From the NCBI GenBank assembly GCA_051294375.1, contig CM119270.1, positions 21,047,775 to 21,111,774 of the forward strand: 64,000 nucleotides of DNA. Direction: 5' to 3'. The translations under genes and the position numbers were made by a program. Of the stretch, positions 44,928 to 57,778 are shown in pieces (within the stretch, counting starts at the first letter, position 1; every line of letters starts with the position of its first letter). Below the pieces are notes generated by a model that was not told the origin of the DNA, searched no databases, and saw only the letters and a program-made list of their open reading frames with translations. The DNA is from Paraspadella gotoi (lineage: Eukaryota > Animalia > Chaetognatha).

Positions 44928-46729
44928 GCCTGGATGCTTATTAAGGATTTCCCATGCCAGTTTTTATGTCAAACCACTTCCGGTTTTAAGAAATCATTAT
45001 TTTTGGTAAAAAAATAAACTGTTATTCAGTCAGCCTACTTAAAATAATCATAAAAAGTTTTCAAAAACCTTAATAGTAATTTTTTTGTTATGGTTTATAA
45101 ATAAGGTTAAAAAATATTATTACAAAATGCTTCAAGTTACAAATTATTAGTTTTTTTAAGCCAAATCGGCCCTGACCAAAACTGACCTGACTTGGGACAT
45201 CTTCCATTGGCTAACCCTAACACGGGCCTCCTGTCTCATGGCAAGTCAGAACCTTAACCCAAGCTGCCTCTCCCCCAACCTTAACATCAGTCAGTGTATT
45301 TCTCTAACCCAGGCTTTTCCTTTTCTGAGCTTGTCTAAATTACAAAATCGCTATACTTAGTAAGGCGGAACAAAGTAAAAACTTGGAGTTCTGTAATGTA
45401 AATAACGTTAGAGCATCCCTGTGGGATAACAAAATTTAAAAAAATTTAAGATTTTATATATAGTTAATAACATAACAATATTCGGGTAGAGATTGAAAAA
45501 ATAAAAAAATATTATTTCAATATTTAAATTTTGTTTTGTTTTATTGCTTAAAATTAGCAAAAATTATGGTACGACGATAATGATGATGATTTTAAAGAGT
45601 TTTTCCATTATTTGACCCACTTATCATCGAAATATTGAAAAACGCATTATACTTTGCGCAGACAACTTTTTTATGGGCTATCTTAATCCGTTCTTAAAAT
45701 TTAACATATTTTTTTTTCATTGCCCATGAATTGATAAATATTTAAATGCTTTAATGTTATACTGTGCTTCACTAGTTAAAAAAGTGATAGTAAATATTGA
45801 TTAAATATATTATGGACAAACTCTTAATGAGAAAAAGTGATCAATTTTGGCCCGCCTTAATACTTAGTCATGGCAACCTGGCCAAATGACAATTTAGCTG
45901 TTAACTAAATCTGTGCCATTAAGGTTGAATACCTTAATATTAATTTTAAAGTTAGGAGTAGGGCAAGGTTTAATGACAGACAGGAGGCCTGAATAAGGGT
46001 TAGGGTTTGTAAAGGTACTGGCTAGAGATGTTTGGGATTAAGGTTTGGCAATGGCTGGGAGGCCCGAGTTAGGATTGAGGTTGAGGGAAAGGATAGAAGA
46101 TGAACATCATGACTGAGTTAGGGTTAAGGAAGGTTGTTAATAATTAGCAAAGGCACCAAGGTTAGAGTTGAGGGAAAGGCTTGTGCAAGGGACATTAAGA
46201 TTAGGGCTGAGGTTTTTAAATGGATATAAGGCCTGGGCTAAGGTTTAGGCTAAAGGGGGTAATTCAAGGGTTAGGGTTCCAATTTGGTATGATACAGGAG
46301 GCCGGTGTTAAGATTATGGTTATCAAAGGTGCTTGTTGGTGAAGTCAGGAGCTGAGAAAACTGGTTAGGATTAATATTTTGATTAGGACCTGGTTTAGGG
46401 TTAAGGTTGAGTAGGAGGTTTGCTAACCACAAAGGCCAAGGCGCCTTCCATCTTATTCGCTATTTTTTTTGCCTTATTTGGTAAAGTAGTTTGGTCAGGG
46501 CTGATTTAGCTTTAAAGAACTAATAATTTTTAACTCGATGTCTGTTATAATAATACTTTTCTGACCTTATTTATAAACCACTACAAAAAACTAACCTATA
46601 AAGTTATTAGTAACTTTATTTTGATTAATTTAAGTATGGTGGCTGAATAACAGTTTTTTTGATTTTTTTAAAACCGTAAATGGTTCGACACAAAAACTGG
46701 CGTGGAAAATCCATAAAGAGCATTCTGGG
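44928..46729. mobile_element. Foldback-like element with long imperfect TIRs
   Basis: About 44928-45190 is the reverse complement of about 46485-46729. The interior holds degenerate CTAACC repeats on the left and GGTTAG repeats on the right. Confidence 0.6.
45361..45859. mobile_element. hAT-type MITE (same family), nested in a foldback element
   Basis: Same TIRs, 8-bp TSD ATACTTAG, colinear with 35733-36398. Confidence 0.8.
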
Positions 46730-46945
46730 ATATGATATTTTTTATTGTGATATTCGTTTTCTCCACTAAATTTGGCACAAGAAACGTTGCAGGTATTAGG
46801 AACTTTCAAAAATGATGATATTTCTGGGAGCTCCAATATATGTACAATCGGACTTTGAGTTATTTTCTCATTTGCTTTAACCAAGTAAAACAACCAATTC
46901 AATATTTTTGTTTTACTAGGTGACAGAGTACCCGCGGCCAAAACA

Positions 46946-49900
46946 GTGTCTTTGGTTATTTACACCAATTTTCTTCACATTCTCGATCTGGTGACAGATA
47001 TGAAGACTCTGGCCGATAATTTCCGTTTGGAGGCTACAAATTATTTTGGTTGGGCGTTTTTGGCGTCTCTTATCTTTTACATAATCGTATCATCATCTTT
47101 CAGTTTGTTCATAATTTATAAAAACTCGGATCGTTTTCCGACTCTTTGGAAAACAAAAATAAGAAAGTTGATAACAATCTCTTTGCATTTTGTTGGGTTG
47201 GGAGCGCTAATTTTAACAACGGATTTGTATTTGGATGACGGTCGCCAAAAAAAAATTGATTGCATCGTATTCTTCTTAAAACTATGCTTATAAATACCTA
47301 AATTATCAATTATGTGGGTGTATTTTTACTAATATTTAAATCTCACCTCATGGTTAGAATAAAGAAATAATCTGGGAATACTTATTAAAAAAGCACATAG
47401 GAGTGAAACAGACATGGATTTCCCACGAGTAGTTTGGCGAAGTAGCAGCTGAGGTTATGGTGTGGAAAATGGATATGTTTTCGGGCAATACCGGAAATTA
47501 CAAATTAGAATTATCATTCCCATTTTATGTTCTCTTCTTTTTTTTTATATATTCCTATTTTCTATCTTCTTTCTCTTTTTCTTCAGCTTTTCCTTCCCAT
47601 CTCTCACTTTCTTCTTTCCTTAATTACCATAATAATTCTGACAATAGGTTACAAGGCCTCCCTCATACCCCTTAGCGATAATTTTGGGCATAAGTTGCAG
47701 TTAGTATAAAATTGGAAGGAGCTTTCAAACGCCATTTTGACGTAACAGCTGGCTGTGGTTTTAGGCAAAAGGAACACAGAGTAGTACAAATTATATATCT
47801 CTCGGAATTTCATGTCATACTAAATTAATAATAATAATTATAAATAACTTTAGTTTTATGGTGGACTAAAATCCACCAACTGTTCATCAGCGGCCATTGG
47901 TGCCGGAGGCAAATCATTCGTCTCCCAACCCAAAGGTCTAGGGTTCTAGCCCGGTGGTCGCCTAGCAGTTAAGTGAGATGGAGTACTTAACCCGCCTGTA
48001 ACACAGTGTTACAGCCTGATCCAAAGCTCATATTGAATGGTTCTATCACTAACACATAACATTGATTACTGTCTCTTCATTGGTGAGCCCGACTTCCCAA
48101 CACAACAGCAACAACACTTTCAGGCAACATGCCTCAACCTGGTGATGCACTTTCCGCCAACAACACATCAGGCGACATGCCTCAACTTGGTACGAACTTT
48201 CCACCAACAAACAACAATTCAAAGAAGAGACGCAACAGACTTCTCCCTACGGGAGGGGGGGATGTATGGTGGACTAAAATCCACCAACTGTTCATCAGCG
48301 GCCCTTGGTGACGGAGGAAAGTCATACGCCTCCCAACCCAAAGGTCTGGGGTTCTAGCCCGGTGGTCGCCTAGCAGTTAAATGAGACGGAGCACTTAACC
48401 CGCCTGTAACACGGTGTTACAGCCTGATCCGAAGCTCAGGGACTGCTTATATTGAACGGTACTGTCACGAACACATAACATTGATTACTGTCTCTTCAGT
48501 TTAAACTTTCAGTTTAATTATAACGGAGAAATGAAATAATGAAATGCATAAAGAAAAGGAAATAAATATTGTCTTTAATGATACATGTAAATCGCTTTCA
48601 GGGGATTAAAATGATCTGTTACTGCCGCATGAATGAAAACTAAACTAAATTATACTATTAGGATAAAAGAACTTTATTAGGAATATTATGCTTCATGAAT
48701 TATTTATTAAATAATAATTAATTATTAATTAGTTATTTTATTATTTGGATATTTTGATAGAAATTTAAGCAGAAGTTGCTATTTTGTGTGAAAGCAGGTG
48801 CAAAGGAAGATCTAGTAGGTGCAGATCAAGTTTATTATGCATGTTTCTTTGTTTCTTAAAAAAGAAATAAATAATTTTTAAAACTTAATCAAAAGTGCTA
48901 TATTCTCTTACTGAATGCTTTTTTGTTTGGGGAGCCCTTTAATAAATAAAGCTTAAAATTAAAAAAAATAATGGGGAGAGGTGTTCCTTTGTCTTAAAAA
49001 AATTTTCCTTGTTTATGGTAGGTGAACGTGAGGGTAAGGAAGAAGAGAAAAAAGTTGAATGGCTGTAAGATGAAAAATTAAAGAAGAGAGAGACAGAGAG
49101 AGAGAGAGAGAGAGTGAGAAAATATAATTACATTTAGCAATGTACAACAAAGATAAAGTGAATAAATAAATAGGCAAACTTAATATATTTAAACTAGTAG
49201 AGCCAACAAAGTTAATAATTAACTAGTTAATTAATTAAGAATGAAATATGATAGAAGAATAAGAAGAATAAGTGGTGAAGGATAGTTAAGTTTAGTATTA
49301 TTGAAATATAAGTAAAGAAAGAGCTCAATATGAGCTGGCCCACCCCCGGCCGGGCAAAAGTGGGACAATGACGATGGGGTCGGGTCATTGACTTATCTTA
49401 GGCTGAGACTCTCAGTGAGAGGGTATTGTCATAGATTGGGCTTCCCCAGGATCTGGTAGCGAGCCAGCTGGAAAAATTACCAGTGCCACTCTAATATCCC
49501 TTTGGCCTGATAAGGCTGCCGATGGCCCTCTTGTCGCCTTACGGCGAGGCGGGCGGTTGCCTGTTCTGGCCTGCTTCAGAATTTGTCTATATATGTCTCC
49601 TGTACAAAAAGGAAGAGCTTAAAATTTACTTGCTGGGGCCAATCATAGATATTAAATAATTATGTTTAAATTTATAAACTGTAACCAGTTGACAAGAGAA
49701 TTTGAGGCAAATTATTTCATCTACAAACTAAGATTGCTATATGTAATTTTATTAATTTTATTAAAAAGTAATTTTAAAAAATTAATTAAGGACATCAAGT
49801 CCTTTGAAGTTTATTTTTGGCGATTGGAAATAAAGGCCCTAATGTAGACCATACACAAATCTTTAAGGTAGGGATAAACATTTTTATGTTGTTTAATGCT

Positions 49901-52900
49901 AAAATTTCAAATTCACCTGACTTTGTCTTTTGATATGAATATTTTTACTTTGCTGATTTTTTTTATGTTTTCCTTCTTCTGGGATTTAATTTTAAAATAA
50001 ATATTTAACCTAAATATGTTTTTAAACTTATTCCCGAATCCTTAACCCTAATCCCTAACTCTAATCACTAATCTAATCTTCAATTTTAATAATTACCCTA
50101 ATCCCTAAACTAATCCTTAACCTTAACCTTAAAAAAAACCTTTAAAAAAATATCCTAATTACAAATTTAAGACGAAATAGGGTGTTTTGGAAAAATATGG
50201 TAATAATAATAATGTAAGTGGCGTGTAGATAAATGGCGGGCCCTTATACAAATTTTGCAGGCTCAGGGATAAGCTCATTCCCCCTTTACAATTAACTTAA
50301 CTTAGCAACAATAAGGTATGGGTCCTTTAAAAATTACACATTATTGTCGTATTATGTTTGTATTTTAAGATTTCCTATGGCTACAAAGTATTTTATAAAA
50401 TTAATAGCGATTATTTCTCTGATATTTTTTCAATATGAACTTTTTTAGCTCCATAAGGTTTCCCTGGGCTCCCCTAAGACCCCCGGGCCCTCAACTTTGT
50501 ACTTCTCTACACGCCCCTGAATAAGGTTTTCTTTAGCAACCAGAAAGCGGAGAAAAATAATATGAAATTGGTACAACCAATATAAAAATTATCCATTCAT
50601 TTAATAAATAAACTATAATATAATGACATATCAGGTCTCTGCAAGCTTTCAATCAAGACTCACTCACTGTCTTGTTTATTCAGTCCCAGTGTACCTGGCT
50701 TCCCTATCAATGAAGTGGTATAATATTTCGAAGAATGTTTCAATTGTATGAGAAGACCACTCCTTTAAGTATTAGACCGGGGAATACTATATTGTATTCC
50801 ACACTAGCATCAATATACAAGGGGCTGAATTTTATAAAATTGGTACAACCAATATCAAAATCATGTTAATTTAATTAAAATTAATTTCAAATTAATTTAA
50901 AAATTATGTTAAACATGATATTAATTATTACTATTGCCTCCGTTTTTCTGGTTCACTTTGCAATATCAAAATCAACGAGCACATGCAGATAGTTTTTAAA
51001 AAGAACTAAAATCTTTATCCCTGTTTATTATAAGTCGAAACTATTATCCGGCGTCAACATTATTCACATTATATTAGAATCTTATGTTCAAATGCTGATT
51101 CAAACTGGAGTAATTGTCTATTCCTTGGTGTGGTCTAATAAACAATGTATTCCAGATTTTGTTAATTTGGGAGGCAAACTCGGACCATACTGGGCTGAGA
51201 AGAATTTAAAAAACTACGGAAACGTATACCAAGAAATGGACAATGGATCGATCGTTAGCCTCAATGAAAGTTGTGTTTGCGATATTATTGCCAAAACAAC
51301 TATAAAAATTGTTTGCCGGTGGAAAGTCGATTTTTACTGGATCATTTTCTCTGTGGTTATATCAATGATTAGTTTGACCAAAGCCGCCGCACAAATGAGG
51401 CTGGATTATTTGGGTCAATATCAATTGAAGGCAAAAGGAATTTGCTTGTCGCATTTGGAGTCCTTCAAGAAACGCTGGGCCTATCCGTCTCTCTCTATTT
51501 CATTTATGTCAGCGCATTGATGAGATCATATTTTTTTCTCCTTTTCATCATTCCTCTAATTCTTCGCGTTTTTACTTGGACCGAGATGAGATTCTTGTTT
51601 GATTTTTTACGCCAACTGACTCGATTTGACAGCGAAATTGCAACCAATCAAAAGTGCATCTCAAACTCATGGTTCGAATGGTGGATCAAAATTTTTTATT
51701 CACTGTTTATTTTAGCGACGTTTTTTACTTATGAGATTCATCTCGAGTTATCGTCCGTTGCATTTAGGTGGGGAATAGTAATCGAAGAAACTAAAATTAC
51801 GAATTTCATCGCATTATATTTGTCAAAAAAGGTAAATAAAATGAATTCTGACTTTCTGTCAACAATTTCGTATTTTAACACGAAGCACCACTCCAATTGG
51901 AACAAATTAATAGAACAATTACTGAAAACAGCTCAAAGCGAGAAGCATAACAGCAATGTGACATATCGGACAGCGATTTCAGCTGGCTTTAGTCTCATGC
52001 TGGGAAACCAATCTTTTTGGCATGCAACTTTTCAAAGATTGGCGTTTTTAGTTTTTCTGGAAGTCATGATTTCTTTGTTCTATAACACCCTTGTTGTGAT
52101 ATATAATCGAAAAATCCGGGATTGGTTTTTAAAATTAGAATCATTTTGTTTTTTTGGTGCAATGTTATTTATATTATTTACGCAACCGCACCATAATAAG
52201 AGCATTTATCACAGTGATCCAAGGGTAAACAGTTACAACAAAATGGTCTCCAACTGGTTCCCATTATTTATTTGCATATTCCTCACCAGAGCGGCACACA
52301 GATTGATGCTTAAGTTGATTGCTATGAGAATTTGTCTCCCGTTGGTCGCTTTTTTTGTTATTGCGTTTGCCACGTTACCATTGGCAACCTTTTGGGTTAT
52401 TCGTGGAGCCGGAATAAAAGGACAAATTCAATCAGAGATCGACGGATTGTGCAAACGCGATGGTATCTACGATGAGCCCATTCCAGGATATACATGGGAG
52501 GATAGATCTTTATTATTCTTCGGTTACGCTCAATTGAACTCTTTTTTCTTTTTTTATTTTACCCTTTCTTTTTTACCCTTCTTCACTGTATGTTACTTGA
52601 TTGGAAAGAAAGTACGGATTATGAAAAATAGTTTAAAATTTACGATTTACTTCTTTGTAGTTTTGGTATTCTATTGCTTTGTTTGGGCCTGGATGAAGTT
52701 TCCGGTCAAAAACAAAAAACTTTCATCGTATGTAGACAAAGGTATTTTTCGACTTTTTGTTCAGGCATTTAAATGTTGTTATGTTTATTACCCCTACATG
52801 GGATGCAAGAGTGCTTTCGCAATATTAAATCGAAAACTATCTTATGATTACCTGACTTATGTTGATGAATGTTGGACAAGTTTTTATGATTTTCCATGTC

Positions 52901-52947
52901 TAATTTTTCTGATCTTTCCGTCAGTTGTTCTTCTTGCTCATGAGTAA
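46946..52947 (+). CDS. Divergent multi-pass membrane protein resembling the XK-related family, copy B; one frameshift near 51435; N-terminal part separated by about 3.8 kb
   Basis: ORFs 46946-47293 (HILDLVTDMKT...GLGALILTTDLYLD), about 51034-51440 (ILESYVQMLIQ, SVVISMISLTK) and 51442-52947 (501 aa, many TM segments). Clearly paralogous to copy A. Splice sites across 47240-51033 and the start codon are not resolved. Confidence 0.6.
47857..48498 (+). mobile_element. Complete TRIM-like miniature LTR retroelement (family 1)
   Basis: 5' LTR 47857-48079, PBS TGGTGAGCCCGAC 48081-48093, PPT GGGAGGGGGGGA 48251-48262, 3' LTR 48265-48498, TSD GTTT on both sides. Internal region 185 bp, too short for any retroelement enzyme. 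Confidence 0.9.
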
Positions 52948-53999
52948 AATTGAAGGACTTAACGTAGATAATTATAACAAACAAAGTGTTTTACTCATTT
53001 AAATAATCAAAAATGTTTGTTTACTCTTCTACTACTTTTTTAGTTTTAACTGTTGTAGTTTTCACACTCTCTTTGTTCGTGCCTCTCTCGATTCGTTGTA
53101 CTTATCATTGGCTGACTTTAGTCTTTATCAAGGACGTTAGGATTTTGGAACGGTGAGTAAGTTTATTAGCAACAAATAAAATTGCGACGTGAAATTAACG
53201 ATTTCATTTCGAGTTTAAAAAGATAAAAACGTGGGATTAAAAAACGATTAAAAATGACTTTAAAATGTAAATTAAAATGTAAATGTAAATGACTTTAAAA
53301 TGTAAACCACCAACGCTATGTTAAAAGCGTATAACGTCCGTTAAAAATAATCGGGATATTCTTCAAATTCGATCTTGTTTCTTCGCGGGAAACGGGCGAG
53401 GCAGGAGCCAGATATCATCTCGTCGAGTCCCACGCCCACGGTCGTGTCTTGTCATGACCGGCGTAACACTCTTTAAATATTAAATATTAAATATTAAATA
53501 TTGCCGCTTTTCTAGTCGATGGCCCGAGGTTTGTTCAAGGCAAAATTAAATAAAACAGATCAATCGTGAAGAATCATATTTAGGAAACATTTATCGGCCG
53601 TTAGGAACGGGAGTTTTTACGGATTCCTTAGACTCTCAATTATAAAACCACACTGCCCACTAGAGTGAAGTGAAAGTTTGGAATCAAAATTTAGCAGTTA
53701 TATCTTGAAAATTATTACATTAGTGAATATTAATCTGTAGTTTTTTTTTATAAATATAGTAGCCCTCTCTTAAATTCGGTTAAATTTTATTTTTTGTACT
53801 TTAGATATTTTGGTAAAAAATATTTTGTTTTCTTTAACTCATTATGTTTTTAAAAAAATTTTTCTAAAAACAAAGAGAAGCGCTTAAATCTGACTCACTT
53901 TTTTTTAATATAAATATAAGTTTTTATATTTAGAAAATTATTTAAACAACAATTTATTTCATAAGCAAAAACATACTTGTTTCGACTCTTGTTAAGAGT

Positions 54000-54051
54000 C
54001 TTCATCATCGTTAAAAAGTTTTTGAAATGGTGCGAAATTTGTGTAAAAGAA

Positions 54052-54090
<39 letters not shown>

Positions 54091-54142
54091 CAGAGAAAGA
54101 GAGAAATAGAGAGAGAGGGCAAAGCTTCTATTTTCATTTGTC

Positions 54143-54200
<58 letters not shown>

Positions 54201-54250
54201 TTTGCACAAATTTTGTATACCATTTTTGAAATAAAACCGTTGTTGATATA
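54000..54250. mobile_element. MITE-like inverted repeat with (GA)n/(TC)n inner arms
   Basis: AAATGGTGCGAAATTTGTGTAAAAG(GA)n mirrored by (TC)nCTTTTGCACAAATTTTGTATACCATTT. Confidence 0.5.
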
Positions 54251-54687
54251 AAATTTCAATCTTTTTTTAAATATTAACTACACAACGAAAAGAAAAGACA
54301 ATAAACAAAGCTTTTATATTTATTATTTATTTATTTTATATTATGTTATATTTCTGTTATATTTTCTGTCTTTTTCCCTCTTATTTTTTGACATTACTTA
54401 AGTTGTCCTCACACGTTGGGACAAATTATTTACTAGTTATTTCGTCTGTCTTTTGTCATTCTTTTGTCGATCTCCGAGTCGTAATTTGGCGAGACTCATG
54501 ATCAATCTTTAGTTCGTTTTATGACATACAAAAAGTAGCATCGCCTGTACTGAACAAAGTTTTACAGGATCTTATGGACATTTTGATATAAAATACAAGT
54601 TTCTAAATCTTCATCTTTATCTTAACACCTGATATCACGAGCGTGATATATACCAAGTTATTTCAAATTTTTTTTGTATTGGCCTGT

Positions 54688-54921
54688 TATGGTGGACTAA
54701 AATCCACCAACCGTTCATCAGCGGCCATTGGTGCCGGAGGCAAGTCATTCGCCTCCCAACCCAAAGGTCCGGGGTTCTAGCCCGGTGGTCGCCTAGCAGT
54801 TTAGAGGGACGGGGCGTTTAACCCGCCTGTAACTCGGTGCTACAGCCTGATCCGAAGCTCAGGGACTGCTTATATTGAACGGTTCGGTCATTAACACTTA
54901 TCAATAAATACTGTCTCTTCA
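54688..54921 (+). mobile_element. Solo LTR of family 1 TRIM
   Basis: TATGG...CTCTTCA, 234 bp, TSD CTGT (54684-54687, 54922-54925). tRNA-like segment at 54721-54792. Confidence 0.9.
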
Positions 54922-55842
54922 CTGTAATGAATGACTATTAAAAATTTACTTTGGAAACTGTCAAGATTGCTAGTTACACACTGAATTTCAATGAAAATAA
55001 TATCTTTAAAACAGACCGTTAAAGAAAATTGGAGAGGGGGAAAGGAGGAAGAGGCGAATGTTCCCCCGCGGGGTTTCGGGGTTTCGCGGTTTCGGGGTTC
55101 GTCCACCGACAAAATGGAGCCAAAGTCGACCGACAAGGTCCACGTGAGTTTGATGTAAAAACAAAACTCGTCGTCGGCCTTTGTTGGTTTGTCGCTTTGA
55201 CGCGCGAAGAGAGAGAGAGAGAGAGAGAGGTTAACCACTTCACTGCCCCAGGGCGTTTTTCGTCTTCATTGGATTAGGCTTGAATTACCAAAAATAAAAT
55301 TTTTGATGTTGGAAGAAAAATGAGAAATTGCGAATTCGTTTCTCAAAAAATATTCAAAAATCATAATTCATTCGTTCATAAGTCAGAAGTCGTTATTAGT
55401 ACAGTATTTCGTTCATTTATAATAATTATACCTATCACCCATTATTATGCGTTATTTAACCAAGGATTATTGTTACATGTTCATATTCATATAATCTAAT
55501 TACTTAAGCGTAAGGTTATTACTATTTTTTCATCTTTTAACACTAATAATCATTAGTTGCTATCTTCATCATGATCATTCATGATTCATCGTTCACAGGT
55601 TCCCTCACACATGAACGACACATGAACGACACGTCAGCTTATTGTTGATTTTTTTTTCTTTCTTTTTTCGTTCTGTTAATTTAAATATTTATTTTTGTTG
55701 AATTGTAAACTGTACAATTTATGCGTTTATCTGTAATGCTGTATGCCCTTTTGAATGTACTGTTTCAACTAATTGTTGTAAACGAATAAAACACATATAT
55801 ATTAAGGGAGTGGTCTTTTCATACAATTGAAACATTCTTTGA

Positions 55843-56066
55843 AATATTATACCACTTCATTGATAGGGAAGCCAGGTACTCTGGGAGTGAATAAACGAGA
55901 CTGTGAGAGAGTCTTGATTGAAACCTTGCAGGGACCTGCTATGTCATTATCTTGTAAGAGTGATGGAGGCCTTAAACCACCAAAGCCTGTCCAAAGTCAG
56001 TGGCAAGATAGCTTATTTATTAAATGAATGGATAATTTTTATATTGGTTGTACCAATTTCATATTA
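55843..56066. repeat. Unclassified dispersed repeat
   Basis: Reverse-orientation relatives at about 38710-38900, 41065-41220 and 50560-50730; short end fragments at about 40541, 40687 and 50838. Confidence 0.6.
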
Positions 56067-56126
56067 TTAAATTCAATTAGCGAGAGAAGATTTAAGAATA
56101 GTTTTGAAAAAATCGTATTTTTTTTT

Positions 56127-56166
56127 GTTCCGTCACTAACGCATAACAATTATTACCGTCTCTTCA
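56127..56166 (+). mobile_element. 3'-terminal fragment of a family 1 LTR
   Basis: gttccgtcactaacgcataacaattattaccgtctcttca matches the last 40 nt of the LTR. Confidence 0.6.
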
Positions 56167-57339
56167 CTTGAATCTCGAAATCTACTATGAAATTTAATTC
56201 AATAGGGGGGGGGGCACAATGTTATATTTAGAAAAAGGGTCTCCAGGTTAACGCCCTGCTCCTTCCTCGGTCCGCCTCTCCCGTTCAAAACTTTAGTATT
56301 CAAGTCTACTTTCAGGTAAAAAATAATTTTTTTTTAAAAAAAGTTCGATTTTAATGCTTTTATTATTGCTATCAAAATTACAATATTACAATATAATGAT
56401 AACATTTTTTTTTAATCAATCTTAATTTTTTGTGATGGATTCTAATAGAGCATAAAAAGTTTAATGAAAAATATAACTACAACTTTCAAAAATTATTCTG
56501 TTTTCTTGGTTAAAATTAAGAAAAACTGATAAAATTATCAAAATATGATGATGATGATGATCATTAACAGTTTTTCATATTTTTTACCTCCTTATGATCA
56601 AAATATCAAAAAAAATATACTTTGGGTAGACAACTTTTTGCAAACTACCTGAATCTTATCTTAAAAATTAAAAAATCCTAAGTTTTTAGCCTTTCCTATT
56701 TATAATTAAATATCAAAAAATTAATATATGGGGTAAAGAGTAATATTAAAAATGTTTTGTCTATTCAAATTTTTTTTAAAATATCTAAATTTTCGTTTGA
56801 ACAGGTGCTTAGTTAAAATTTCTTAACCACCTCACTGAGTTAGACTACCCCTACTTGAACCTATAAAACTGATTCTGAACCACTTTGGCAAAAAAAAAAA
56901 AAAAATAATGATCATAAACGGGAATGAAAAAGTTTTTTAAAAATGTTTTTAAATGAGTACATTTTAATCAATGTCAGTTTCTCAACACACCCACCAATAA
57001 AATCGTGATAATCCAATCGATAAATCGACATAAATAATGAGATTCTCTCAGTAAATCATTCACTGACCGGAGATGGCGCCATCGCGGACTATAAACATTT
57101 TTTGCCGCCACAATTACGACGACGACGACGACGACGAACGACGAAACTGACGACGACCGGCGATCCGGCGCCAAGTGATGACTAATGAAGCCGACTTTTT
57201 TCCGGCGCCGGAGATTCGTCACGGACGACGCCCTTTCTTCATCCGGCTTCGGTCGTTACGTCCGGCGAAATCCGCCGGCGTCTTTTGGCCGGAAATCGTT
57301 TCGGTCAATCGAAAAATCGCCGATACGTCAAAAAAGTGG

Positions 57340-57778
57340 GACGACAATAAAGACGACGACGACGATAAAGACGATAAAGACGACGATGACGACGAAAGAG
57401 ACAACGATGACGATGAAGACGACGACGCAAATGCCGATGAAGACGAAGTCGTAAATGACGACTACAAAGACGATGACAACGACAAATGCGTCAATGACGA
57501 CGACAACGATAAAAAGGATGACAAAAATGACGACGACGACAACGACGCTCACGACGACGTCGATGACGACGACGAAGACGGCACAGACTAAGAGAATGAC
57601 AACGACTACGACGACGACGACGACAATGACGACTATGAAGCCAAAGTCGACGACGACGATGACCACAACGAAAATTACAACAAAGACGATGAAGATGACG
57701 ACGATAATGACGACGAAAACAATGAAGATGACAACGGCGAAGACGACGACGACGACGAAGACGACGACGAAGACAGAT
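57340..57778 (+). repeat. Degenerate (GAC)n array; Asp-rich in one frame
   Basis: About 145 triplets of GAC/GAT/AAC/GAA. A similar array lies at 62288-62510. Confidence 0.8.

Noticed and set aside
54721-54792. Functional tRNA-Gly gene
   Set aside because: The anticodon stem is mispaired, the T-loop is atypical, and it always sits inside the LTR repeat.
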